In this document: in pieces, positions 13,861 through 26,949 of the stretch
How the letters are laid out: each line of letters opens with the position of its first letter
How positions within the stretch are numbered: the first letter of the stretch is position 1
NCBI GenBank assembly: GCA_951406725.2
Contig: OX597825.1
Location: forward strand, 23,250,001 to 23,314,000
Reading direction: 5' to 3'
Source of the DNA: Octopus vulgaris
Lineage: Eukaryota
Length of the DNA: 64,000 nucleotides
Program-made: the position numbers and the translations under genes
Notes under the pieces: generated by a model
The model's database searches: none
What the model was told of the DNA's origin: nothing
Seen by the model: only the letters and a program-made list of their open reading frames with translations

Positions 13861-14371
13861 TAAGACTAAGAAGTCAACAAGCCACGCGGAGGTCATCAAC
13901 AAGACGCCAAGAGGCCAACGATGAGGCTCCAAGAGGTCAACAGGACATAAAAAAACGTGCGTTACTAAAGCTTTGAGTTACTATCATTTCTGAGACAGTG
14001 CACCTCTTCGATGGCTGTAACGGGTACAGATCAAATAGTAGATGAAATAGTTTCTCTTGGAAACAAAAAAGTTGTCTGATCTAGAACACCACAGTCGTAG
14101 ACACTTTGCTCAGTCTCACGTGGGTAAATATACAATGGAATCGATTTTCCGCAGCTTTGCATGCTGACGAAATAAAATCGTAAAATACTATAATCTATTG
14201 TGTCATTATGTATTTCAACCGGTCGCCTTTGAAACTAGAACCCTTCACTTCTAAGTTTATTTCAAAGTTGGGTTGGAAGTAGTCGACTAGAAGAGATTAG
14301 TCGTTATGAATCTCAAGGTTCTTCAGAGAATGTTGAGGGTCAACTTGCAAACGTTGGATTTGTTGCTGCTT

Positions 14372-14418
<47 letters not shown>

Positions 14419-16314
14419 GGTGGTGGTGGTGGTGGTGGTGGTGGTGGTGGTGGTGGTGGTGGTGGTGGTGGTGGTGGTGTTACAAGTTATCTTAACTGTG
14501 GCAACGAAGTGGCAGAGCATTAAGGTGTTGGATAAACTGTATTTATTCCAAATTTATGAGATCAAACCCTGCTAAACTTAATGCTATCTTTTATCCTTTT
14601 AGGGTCAATGAATTAACTACTAGACTCGCGAGACGGATTAGCTGGACTGTTACAGTATCGAACGAGGATCTATTCCATCTCAATCACAGATTTTTTATTT
14701 AATTTTTTTTTTTAGCTAAACAGTTTGGAACTTCGAATCATGGTAGAATTTCTCACGTAGAACACGGTTTACTCTGAACGTTTTTGACAAAATTTCGTAT
14801 TTCAGAAGTTATTTCGTGTTAAAGTTGTCGTATTTTGATAATTTCAACCAATCAACGACGTGTAACCGGTTGAAGAAAGCTACTGCTGTTTGCGATAGTA
14901 ATCGAAGAGGAACAACTTCCGGGTCATCTCTACTAAATGTCATCACTCTGTTCGAAAAATCAACACCATAGAGCAACGAGTCCGCAGATAGCCTTTTTGT
15001 TGTTGACATATATGTAGTTTCAAAAATGCCTTATTTTACAGCTATGAGATGTATTATTATTGTCATTATTTTATCTTACTATAATCAACATTTCGTCAAT
15101 ATAAAAGTTTTTATTAGATTTAAAAAATAGCATTATCAAAACATGATAATTAAGTTTGTGATTAATTTGTATTTCTGTGATATCTTTATTACTAAGATAG
15201 AATCTGGAATTTTCGTTTTACGCTTTTAAAGTGAGGATCAGTCTAGATTTACTACGGCACACCTGTGGTCGATGCACTGTACGTTCTGGAATTATCACTC
15301 AAAGTAGTTCCCACAATTATGATACCTTGCACCAAACAAACTCCTATGAAGAAGGAACCACTGGCTATACTTGTGAATTAGCCAGTGAGATTTCTGCTAT
15401 ATATCATACATTGCACATGCGATAAGCTGGAATAACTGATAATTAGTGGATGGTAGTTTTTCCATAGCTGGTTGACCACAAATTTCTCTTCGTCTATTGT
15501 TGACGGAGCTCAACGGACTAAATTTGTCATATAAGATAACAGCCAGTCTGGAAACGGCAGGTAAGGGTAAAAATAAAAGGTAAAAAGAAGGTGAAGACCC
15601 CCTTTCGTCACGAATGACCATAGGATTGAACCTAGAAAGTTCCCCTCCAAGGCACAAGTCCAGGAAAGGTTGTATGTGGAAGGTCAGCTGTCGCCCATGC
15701 ATACCAGCAAAGGAAAAGGCCGATACAGCTTGGAACCAGTGACGTCACAACTCATTTCTAGAGCTGAGAGAACTGGAGCAACGTGAAATAAAATGTCTTG
15801 CTCAAGAACACAACACACAGCCCGGTCCGGAAATCACACTCACAACCCCCTAATTGTAAGCCCGATACTCTAAGCGCCGAACCAACATGCAGGATAACAG
15901 ATGGGGAGTATGTGCCTAAAAGGTCTTTTGTGTTGGAAGATCCTGCTCGCGATGCTGAGAGTGTAACCTGACCAATGACAGACATATACTTTTGCTATAT
16001 ACGGCTAAAATTAAGCAATGTTTCATGAATACAATACAATATACATTTACTCTGTTTTTACGAATTTCCTGGCTGCTTATATACAAAACAGTGAAATATA
16101 TGCTAATTTCTAAAACAAACAATGTTTTATGTATTTAAAAAAAAAATTATATAAAACAAATTTCTCATTTGTATATTTACAATAAGTATATGTTGTCACT
16201 AACACTAACACCGTTTAACGATCAATTAATTACAGCTGTAACATATTGATGTATTTCGTATTAGATAGCTTGATATTTTTAGTGTGATTAAGCAAATAAT
16301 AACGATTATTATTA

Positions 16315-16352
<38 letters not shown>

Positions 16353-16404
16353 GATATTTCTAATACACGATTACTTTCTATTTGTTTATCTATTTTTATT
16401 ATAT

Positions 16405-16447
<43 letters not shown>

Positions 16448-16467
16448 CACATATATATATATGTATG

Positions 16468-16505
<38 letters not shown>

Positions 16506-16878
16506 TTATAAAATGAGATAGGGGTTGAAAATTCAACCCACCATGGGATAATATGTATCCAATATACTGCTAGATAGGTACCCAACAAAAATTAATACAT
16601 AGATGTTAGAAATTGTCAAGCAATCAGTTCATCTATTGTATTAAATGGGTAAGGGTAATAATATTACCGTAAATTAATACTACAAAATTAGAGAATGGAG
16701 AAACATACTTAAATCAATAAAACATCAACTATCCGATGATACTCAATCCATACTTTAATACACCATTACATAGGAGTAAAGGCAATATATAAAATGAAAT
16801 GAGATATACAGTAATAGTAAAAGTAAAAAGATAAAGAGATATAAGTAAAAAATTACAAATACAATATGCAAATAAATC

Positions 16879-16994
16879 AAAACTGACAGCTGTTTCGGCA
16901 GTGAGGACAGTCATACCTCATTTAACCTATAAGCCATAAAGGCAGGTATAAATGAGGCATTAACAAAGATGCCCCACGGCCTCTTCAGAGAATT
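16879..16994 (-). ncRNA. Hammerhead ribozyme, inverted copy of 19056-19171
   Basis: Reverse complement of the + copy: CTGAAGA at 16988-16982, GAAA at 16896-16893, GTC at 16887-16885. Confidence 0.75.
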
Positions 16995-17332
16995 AAATTA
17001 AATTTGTTATAATAGTGAAAAATATTATATAATCATATACATATAAATATAAAAATATAAAAAAGTAAAATATAAAAACTTATACATCATAATGCTACAC
17101 TTGTATAATATAATACATATTTGTACAAAAAGGAAGGTAACCAGAACAAAATAAAACAAAATATATAACAGTGTATATATAATATTAATAAGTACCGATA
17201 TCATACATATTTAGCTAATAGTTTTTTTTATAAAAAAAGGGGCTAACACATATGGAGATGAAAAATAATAATAATTAAATCCGTGGTACAGTTCATAAAA
17301 TTCTAAAGCTATAAAAGTTAATAAAAATTACT

Positions 17333-17369
<37 letters not shown>

Positions 17370-19055
17370 GTAATAATAATAAAAAATAATAAAAATAGAT
17401 ACAGTTAAGTTATCACCAAGTCCATCCTTCCAAGATCGAAATAACTATGAGTTAAGAAATGCTGACCACTAGGTAAAGAAAATTTAGATTAATTCGATTG
17501 GCTATTGGTTTGAAATTTAAATCACAAAAGAAAATTATACGGTTGGTTAGTCAGGGAACGCCAATATTCACACACGCATCTACAGATCAATCGCACATAC
17601 ACACATAGTTATATGTATATACATACACTTGTACATATACATAATCATAAGCAACAACTAACACTTAGATAAACAAATAGGGAAGCAACCATGCTAACAC
17701 TAAGTCCTTCAAAATTATAACTGAGCCTCAATAACAAAAAAAGAACCATCCATGCATTCTATAAAATATTTAATTAAGATATAAATGTATTTTTAAATAT
17801 CAGTATGTTACTAATTCAGATAATTATTTCATGGGTAACTTAAAATTTGTAACACCGGTTTGTTGCAGAGTAAACATACGGTTGTTAGGTTTATCGTAAG
17901 TTTGTTATGATTTAAAGTACGCTAAATTATAAAATATAAAATATAAAATATATTAATATAGATATTATAAATAAGTCACTTATTAACTTAATAAATATAG
18001 TGCCAAAATATACCAGTTTAGGCAATAAAAAATAGAGGGGGAAGTATTAATGTAAACGCTTATGAGAACATCACAGAAATTTTAAATAAATTTTATATTA
18101 TAAAGACTTAATATGAAAAGAGATAAAATAAATAAAAAGGAATAAATACGAAGGAATAAATACGGTTATACACATAATTATAAGTACAAACTAGTATATA
18201 TGTATTCATATATTATTAAAATAAATAAAAATAAATGATAGATATGTATGTATAAAACTACACCAGTATAAGTAAATAAGTAAAGAATAAATAGGTAACA
18301 AATTAAATGACTTGATATGTATGTAAACATCCACACTTAAATAGGCAAATAAATAAATAAATAGAAGACTAGATGCAAATATTGATAATATTACAATAAA
18401 ATGGGAAATAAATAAAAATAAATAAAGTGAATATATATATTTTATATTGTTGAAAGTAAATATGTATGGAAGGATAGTTTAAAGTACAGATCCAGAGGAC
18501 TATAGATATAAACTAAATATATGAGGCTAGTAACAATTATAAAGCAAAATGCATGTAAATGAGAAAATGAAAAAAATGAAAAAGGTTTATCAGTGAATAA
18601 CATAAGATACAAATTAAGGTGAGTACAAAAAGACCAAATATATAATAAAAACCTTCCAAATCAGCACATACAAAAAGCCCATAATCTCAACCTAAACCCA
18701 CCAAACTCACAAAAGGCTCTCATATATTACATATTATACAATATCATTACATTATCCAGAGCTAGGTATCTAACCAAGATATACATATATACTTTGCAAT
18801 ATACCATGCAATATTGGAAAACTTCAAAAATCTAGCTAAATATGTATGATATCGGTACTTATTAATATTATATATACACTGTTATATATTTTGTTTTATT
18901 TTGTTCTGGTTACCTTCCTTTTTGTACAAATATGTATTATATTATACAAGTGTAGCATTATGATGTATAAGTTTTTATATTTTACTTTTTTATATTTTTA
19001 TATTTATATGTATATGATTATATAATATTTTTCACTATTATAACAAATTTAATTT

Positions 19056-19171
19056 AATTCTCTGAAGAGGCCGTGGGGCATCTTTGTTAATGCCTCATTT
19101 ATACCTGCCTTTATGGCTTATAGGTTAAATGAGGTATGACTGTCCTCACTGCCGAAACAGCTGTCAGTTTT
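19056..19171 (+). ncRNA. Type I hammerhead ribozyme (PLE-type, palindromic minimal stem III, long stem II)
   Basis: CTGAAGA at 19062-19068; stem II GGC.GTGGGGCA...TGTCCTCAC.GCC with an inner helix ATGCCTCATTTATACCTG/TAGGTTAAATGAGGTAT; GAAA at 19154-19157; ACAGCTGT palindrome; GTC cleavage triplet at 19163-19165. Stem I is short and imperfect. Confidence 0.75.
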
Positions 19172-19367
19172 GATTTATTTGCATATTGTATTTGTAATTT
19201 TTTACTTATATCTCTTTATCTTTTTACTTTTACTATTACTGTATATCTCATTTCATTTTATATATTGCCTTTACTCCTATGTAATGGTGTATTAAAGTAT
19301 GGATTGAGTATCATCGGATAGTTGATGTTTTATTGATTTAAGTATGTTTCTCCATTCTCTAATTTTG

Positions 19368-19421
<54 letters not shown>

Positions 19422-19461
19422 GTATGTATGTATAGATATATGTATGTATATATATATATAC

Positions 19462-19509
<48 letters not shown>

Positions 19510-19528
19510 ATATATATATATATGTATG

Positions 19529-19561
<33 letters not shown>

Positions 19562-19591
19562 TATATATATGTATGTATATATATATGTATA

Positions 19592-19787
<196 letters not shown>

Positions 19788-20368
19788 GTTTAGATGAAGT
19801 CTTTTTTATAGTAAAGTTGACTCTTGGTATTTTTGTTATTCAGTTGTAAAAATCAACTTTTTTTTTTTATCCAGCTTTTTTTGTTTTTTCTCTGGTAATT
19901 AGCAAAGTAAAAACTTATAATTTTACTCACTGAAATACAAATTCGACATCCATCATGCCGTCTTGCTCATAAATAATTAATGTTTAGAAACGAACAAATT
20001 AAAATAGCTGTCTGCGATTCTTTTAGACAAATACAATAAAACTCTGCGACAACAAATTTGAAAGTAGTAAAAAAATCACAAGCGCGTGGGTGGGGGGAGG
20101 GAAATTGATGGAAGAAGAGATGATGATGATGAGAAGGGTAAGAGGGTAGGGTAAGAGAGGAGGAGTATGTAGGAAGAGAAGAGAGGAGGTGGGGATAGGA
20201 GGGAAGAGGGAGAAAGGAAGAGGAGTGAAGGAGTACGTAGAAAGAGAAGAGGGGAAGGTGAGAGGGAGAGAGATGAGAGGAGGAGGAGGAGGAGGAGAGG
20301 AGGAGGAGGAGGAAGAGGAGAGGAGGAGGAAGAAGAGAGGTGGAGGAAGAGAATTTATGCTATGATAC

Positions 20369-20787
20369 GGATCTTTTCGGTTTGAACGGCAGTTTTTTCT
20401 AGCGGTATCATATGAAATTGACACCCATAATTATGACCCTAGTATCGATCTATTGTATTTCTATCTGTTTTAGGGTTAGGGTTAGGGGTGGTGGGAAGGG
20501 TATCTTTTTTTTCTTCACAAATGTAAATAAACCCCATCTGTTTCTTAAACGAGGGACATATTCATACGGCACAGAATGTATTTTACCTCAAATGGACGTC
20601 AGTGATTGGTTGAAATTGCAGAAATTGAAGAAAAAAAACGACAAACATCTGACAAACCATAGAATTTTCTCAATAAAGTCAAGAGAAAAAAATGTTTTAT
20701 AAACACATTCTACCAGTATACGAAGTTTTAAATTTTTTAGTTACCTAGAAATTATGTTAAAAACTGCCGTTCAAACCGAAAAGATCC
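20369..20787. mobile_element. MITE, same family
   Basis: TIRs present. TSD TATGATAC, with the right copy displaced by a later SINE insertion. Confidence 0.8.
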
Positions 20788-20793
20788 TATGAT

Positions 20794-21183
20794 GGTGGAA
20801 GCACTCCGTCGGTTTCGACGACGAGGGTTCCGGTTGATCCGAATCAACGGAACAGCCTGCTCGTGAAATTAACGTGTAAGTGGCTGAGCACTCCACAGAC
20901 ACGTGTACCCTTAACGTAGTTCTCGGGGATATTCAGCGTGACACAGAGAGGGACAAGGCCGGCCCTTTGAAATACAGGTACAACAGAAACAGGAAGTAAG
21001 AGTAAGAGAAAGTTGTGGTGAAAGAGTACAGCAGGGATCACCACCATCCCCTGCCGGAGCCTCGTGGAGCTTTTAGGTGTTTTCGCTCAATAAACCCTCA
21101 CAACGCCCGGTCTGGGAATCGAAACCGCGATCCTATGACCGCGTGTCCGCTGCCCTAACCACTGGGCCATTGCGCCTCCACTG
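20794..21183 (-). mobile_element. tRNA-derived SINE inserted at the right end of a MITE
   Basis: GGAGGCGCAATGGCCCAGTGGTTAGGG head on the minus strand. TSD GATCCTATGAT. Confidence 0.8.
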
Positions 21184-22188
21184 ATCCTATGATACTAATT
21201 AACGGGACCCGTGGAAATTACACGTTTTATAAATGCTGTTATCTTTATTTTGACGCATAAATTTAATGATTTTTCCTAATATTGTTTTCCTTCCGTTAAA
21301 GACATCGATTACATCTCCGTTTTCGTTCCATAGTTCATAGTTGAAAGCATGACACTCAATTATGTCTTGACAAGCAAACAATATTATATAAGTTTTCTTA
21401 TGCAGCAAATATTATGCGACAAATATTATATATAACAACAGTGTGGCATATTCAATTTTATCTATTGCTAATATACTAAAGTATTGTTGTTGTGGTGGTG
21501 TGTCAACAACACGTCGCTCAAAGTCACTCGTAATTTTGTCACTCTGTTTATTGTGCAAAAGTTGTTTAAATTTCGTTAAACATTGTTTAAACCAACCGGA
21601 ATACATAGGACTGGTTGGCTTTTTTTTTGTTGTTTCGTGTCTCGTCTGGACTAAAATTTTAGGAAAGGGGATGAATCGATTACATCCAACCCCCAGTGTT
21701 TGACTACTTCTTATTTTATCGACCACAAAAGGACGAAAGAGGAGAAGAAGAGGGGGAGAAGAGAGAGAGGAGAGGAAGAGGAGAAAGAGAAGAGGAAGTG
21801 GAGAGGAAGAGGAGAGGAAGTGGGGAGGAAGAGGAGGAAGAGGAGAAAGAGAAGAGGAGGAGAGGAAGAGGAGGAAGAGGAGAGGAAGAGGAGGGAGAGA
21901 AGAGGAAGTGGAGAGGAAGAGGAGAGGAAGAGAAGAGGAAATGGACAGGAAAAGGACAGGAAGAGAAGAGGAGAAGAAGAGAGGAGGAGGGGGGAGGAGG
22001 AGGAGTAGACGACAGGCAAAGTCGACCTCGGTGGAATTGTCGCCGAGGTCAAAATGCCGGACAAAATGCTGCTAGCGTTAAGGATTTTGCCTAACGTGCT
22101 AACGGTTCTGCCAGATGCCTGTCTTATATTGACCCTAATTTTCAGTTTTTATATTTCCACACTTTCGTGGTAAATTAGCTTTTACAGA

Positions 22189-23029
22189 TCTATATATATA
22201 AAGCTGAAGTTGTCTGGGATCTTTTCGGTTTGAACGGCAGTTTTTTCTAGCGGTGTCATATGAAATTGTCACCCATAATTTTGACCCTAGAATCGATCTA
22301 TTGCATTTCAATCTGTTTTAGGGTTAGGGCTAGTTAGGGTTAGTTAGGGTTAGGGGTGGGGGAAGGGTATCTTTTTTTCTTCACAAATGTAAATAAACCC
22401 AATCTGTTTCTTAAACGAGGGACATATTCACACGGCACAGAATGCTTTTTTAACTCAATAGACGTCAGTGATTGGTTGAAATTGCAGAAGTTGAAGAAAA
22501 AGAACAACAAATATCTTACAAACTATAGAATTTTCTCAATAAAGCCAAGAGAAAAAGATGTTTTATAAACACATTCTACCAGTATACGAAGTTTAAAATT
22601 TTTTAGTTACCTAGAAATTATATTAAAAACTGCCGTTCAAACCTAAAACATCCGTTGTCTGTTTACGGCAGGTTTGGTAGCCTTCAACTAACACTATCTC
22701 CTCCGAGACCCTGCGGTGCAAGTTGACCAAAATTGATAGTATGATAGAAGAAGGCTTGCTCTTCCTTCCGTAGAAGAAAAAATTCAAATTGGACCATGTT
22801 AACACCAAAAATTATTTATATCAAAAAGGAGCTTTTTTTCTATGAAAATCCCAATTTCTTACGATTTTTTTACTGCTGTGTCGCCACTTTTCGGTGTATT
22901 TCAACCAGAAAAATATTCACTTAAAGAGAATAACAAGCTACGTAATGCACAATTTTTACTTTTCAAAAACTCCAGTTCTAAAGGGTCGAAAAGAAAACAA
23001 ACTCGAGCAACGCTGGGCTATACTGCTAG
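22189..23029 (+). mobile_element. Non-autonomous Helitron with a nested MITE (22217-22653)
   Basis: TC start and CTAG end. Interrupted by a MITE with the 8-bp TSD GTTGTCTG. Confidence 0.75.
22217..22653. mobile_element. MITE, same family
   Basis: TIRs present. Perfect 8-bp TSD GTTGTCTG (22209-22216 and 22654-22661). Confidence 0.85.
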
Positions 23030-24175
23030 TTTACATATTAAATACATAACCGAATGCATGTATTTTTCTCCATTCAATTTTCCGCTTGTTATCGAAATAA
23101 AGTAAAGCTGTGATTTTCACACCAATATTTTCTTTTTAAATTTATTTGGTTCGGTACACCTTCGTTTCTATTTTTCTCTCTTTTTATTTATTTTTTTTGT
23201 TATAATTTTGTTTCTTTCTTCTGCTAATTTAATCAAACCAAGCCAGACATATTCTGATACAATTTCAACCGGTTACAAATTTTGGAGTTTTAAAATAATT
23301 TTTCTTTCATGTATAACGATGTAGTGCCTGTATCTATGCATTCATATATATATATATACGTGTGTGTGTGTGTATATGTGTGTGAATAGAGCTGAGAGAG
23401 AGAGAGTGTGTGTGTGGTGGGGTGAATGGAAGGAGACACAGGGCCGTTCATTTATAGCAACAGTTTCGTCAGAGACAGTCGCTAACAAGATATCAAATTG
23501 CTCTTGTAAGGCGACGGATTTGTAGATTCAGTGCCGTGCAGTGTTTCTTATGTCTCTCAGTGTACCAGGATCAAATCCCGCCAAAGCCAGCGTCGTTTCT
23601 TATGCATTTGGGGTAAAATAAGTCCCAATCAAAGAGTGAGATTACCTTCTCTCACACTCTCTCTCTCTCTCTTTCTCCCCCACCCCTTCCTGTCTCTCTC
23701 TCTCTCACGCTCTCTCTTTCTCCCTGCCTCTTCCTCTCTTCTCCCTCTCTCTCCTCATCTCTCTACGCTTCGCTCTCTCTCTCTCACACACATACACTCT
23801 CTCTCTCACACACACTCTCTCCTCTCTCTCCCCTCTCTCTCCATCTTTCTCCGCTTTCTCTCTCTCTCTCACACACACACACACACTCTCTCACACACAT
23901 ACTCTCTCTCCCTTTCTCTTTCTCCCCCTCTCTTTCACACACTCTCTTTCATCTCTCCCCCTTATCCCTGTCTCTCTTCCCCCTCTCTATCTCACCCTAA
24001 CTGATTAGTCCTGTATACATAAACGACTATGTGATAAGTAGCTTGCTTACCAACCACGTGGTTCCGGGTTCTGTCCCACTGCGTGGCACCTTGGCCAAGT
24101 GTCTTCTACTATAGCCTCGGGCCGACCAGAGCCTTGTGACTGGATTAGGTTGACAGAAACTGAAAGAAGCCCGTC

Positions 24176-24235
<60 letters not shown>

Positions 24236-25295
24236 GTCGGGGGGTATGTGTGTTTGTGTCTGTGTTTGTCCCCAACATCGCTTGACAACCGATGCTGGTG
24301 TGTTTACGTCCCCGTCACTTAGCGGTTCGGCAAAAGTGACTGATAGAATAAGTACTGGGCTTACAAAGAATAAGTCCTGGGGTCGATTTGCTCGACTAAA
24401 AGGCGGTGCTCCAGCATGGCTGCAGTCAAATGACTGAAACAAGTAAAAGAGTAAAAAAAATGTTTAAAAGCATACTGTAGGCCCTCCATGCCCGAATTGT
24501 TAAAAAAATCACGCTTCGAAATCTTCTAGCCTCGTTTTTAATCTCACCGCGAGGCATCTTAGTCAAGGGCCTGTTACTATGACCTCGGATTGACCCAAAC
24601 CTTTCAAGCGAAATTAGTCTAAGAGAGACCGGGTTCAATCTCGTCGGATGTACTATAAATATAATTCTCGAATAGATTATCCCTGCAATTCAAAAGTCTG
24701 TCTTTGTTACTCGCTGAGTCACACCGAGTCACACTGAGTCACGGCGAACCGCGCCGACCTACGCAAAGTCACGCTGAGTCACGCTGAGTCACGCTGATTC
24801 TTTTTATGTATTACAGCAACGGTACATGTCTCTGCGGAATACTCAACCATTTACGGGCTACTTCAATGAACAGTTTAGACAGCTGATCGAGCAACCGACT
24901 CATCGTCGAAAGCGACGGAGAACCATTTATAAAACATAGCTGGAACAAACAACATTTGGTTAGTATCACCAAGTTTTCCGTAAAACTCGTTATTAGTTAC
25001 TAAAGAGCTAGTTTGAAGTTCCTGGAAGTCTTGTAGCATTTTTTGTAGTAGTTCCATACCATATTAGAGGTAATTTAAAAATTCTTATAAGCAAACTGTA
25101 GAAGTCTGTTCTTGGAATGAAACTGACAAAAAAAATGAACGTAGGTGCTGGAGTGGCTGAGTGGTAAGTAGCTTGCTTACTAACCACATAATTCCGGGTT
25201 CAGTCCTGTTGCGTGGCACCTTCGACAAGCGTCTTCTACTATAGATTCGGTCCGACTATAGCGTTGAGAGTGGATTTGGTAGGCGGAAACTGAAA

Positions 25296-25811
25296 GGCGG
25301 TGAGCTGGCAGAAACGTTAGCACGCCGGGCGAAATGCGTAGCCTTATTTCGTCTGTCATTACGTTCTGAGTTCAAATTCCGCCGCGGTCGACTTTACCCT
25401 TTAGGCCCCCGGTGGGCAATAAAGAAATTCGTATTTCGCCTGCTATTACGTTCTGAGTTCAAATTCCGCCGAGATCGACTTTGCCTTTCATTCTTTCGGG
25501 GTCGACAAAATAAGTAGTAGTTGAGCAGTGGGGTCGATTAAAAAAGTACCAGTTACGCACTTGGGTCGATGTAATCGACTTAATCCGTTTGTCCCCTCTG
25601 TGTTTAGCCACTTGTGGATAAAGAAATAGGTATTTCGTCTGCCGCTACGTTCTGAGTTCAAATTCCGCTGTGGTCGACTTTGCCTTTCATCCTTTCGGGG
25701 TCGATAAATTAAGTACCAGTTACGCACTGGGTCGATGTAATCGACTTAATCCTTTTGACTGTGATTGTTTGTCCCCTCTATGTTTAGCCCCCTATGGGCA
25801 ATAAAGAAATA
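25296..25811 (+). mobile_element. SINE family A multimer nested in a family B SINE (about 25141-26060)
   Basis: Perfect TSD GGAAACTGAAA at 25285-25295 and 25812-25822. Three units, partly deleted. Confidence 0.85.
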
Positions 25812-26324
25812 GGAAACTGAAAGAAGCCCGTCGTATGTGTGTGTGCGCGCGCTCGAATGTGCCACACAGCGGTACTGAACCTGGAATTTTGTATATGTTT
25901 GTGTGTCTGTATTTGTCCCCCAATCATCGCAAAAGAGACTGATAGAATAAGTAGTAGGTTTACAAAGAATAAGGCCTGGAGTCGATTTGTTCGACTAAAA
26001 AGGCGGTGCTCCAGCCTAGCCGCAGTCAAATGACTGAAACAAATAAAAGAATAATAAAGAATAAAAGAATAATAAATTTCTAAAATACCAAAACTCAGGA
26101 CAATTAAATTAGTTGAGAATAGGAAATTATATTTATGTCGGAAGCATTAGTATTTTGAATTATATTCAATATTAGACATCATATAATATTACATATCAAT
26201 TTTAGACAGAAGAGAGCTCTTTACTGTCTCATAATGTTAATTATCGTATGTAGTTCCACTTTACGCTGACAATCTCAGAAGTTAATTTATTTGGTGTCAC
26301 AATAGAATAATGGTGATTTCATAT

Positions 26325-26901
26325 TTTGGCACAAGGACGGCAATTTCAGGACAGTGAGTAAGTCGATTACATCGGCACCAGACCTCAACTGGTATTTATT
26401 TTATGGAGCACGAAAGGATGAAAGGCAAAGTCGACCTCGGTGAAATTTGAACTCAGAAAAAAAAGACGGACGAAATACCTATTTCTATTTCTTTACTACC
26501 CACAAGGGGCTAAACACAGAAGGGACAAACAAGGACAGACAAACGGATTAAGTCGATTATATCGACCCCAGTGCGTAACTGGTACTTAATTTATCGACCC
26601 CGAAAGAATGAAAGGCAAAGTCGACCTCGGCGGAATTTGAACTAAGAACGTAACGGCAGATGAAATACCTATTTCTTTACTACCCACAAGGGGCTAAATA
26701 CAGAGGGGACAAACAAGGACAGACAAACGGATTAAGTTGATTACATCGACCCCAATGTGTAACTGGAATTTAATTTATCGACCCCGAAAGGATGAAAGGT
26801 AAAGTCGACCTCGGCGGAATTTGAACTCAGAATGTAACGGTAGACGAAATACCGCTAAGCATTTTTACCGGCGTTGCTAACGATTCTGCCAGCTCGCCGC
26901 C
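26325..26901 (-). mobile_element. SINE family A multimer (minus strand)
   Basis: Reverse complement of the head at ~26855-26901 and repeated units. Confidence 0.8.
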
Positions 26902-26949
26902 TTCCAATTGAATAGTATTGAATGGGTATTAGTGGCACGGTTGTATGGT

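Larger units (their letters stand above)
16503..19368. mobile_element. Non-autonomous Penelope-like element with inverted pseudo-LTRs, inserted in (TA)n
   Basis: Inverted arms 16682-17217 and 18833-19368 (536 bp, constant coordinate sum, so no net indel), each with a hammerhead motif. The 1.6-kb AT-rich spacer has no long ORF. (TA)n on both flanks. Confidence 0.75.

Noticed and set aside
16729-19321. Identical 61-aa hydrophobic ORF on both strands (MTVLTAETAVSF...)
   Set aside because: A by-product of the inverted arms. It overlaps the hammerhead core and a T-rich tract, with no independent coding evidence.
21696-22094. Glu/Arg-rich ORFs and the poly-Phe/Leu/Val ORFs at 12 and 14 kb
   Set aside because: Low-complexity purine tracts or trinucleotide repeats.
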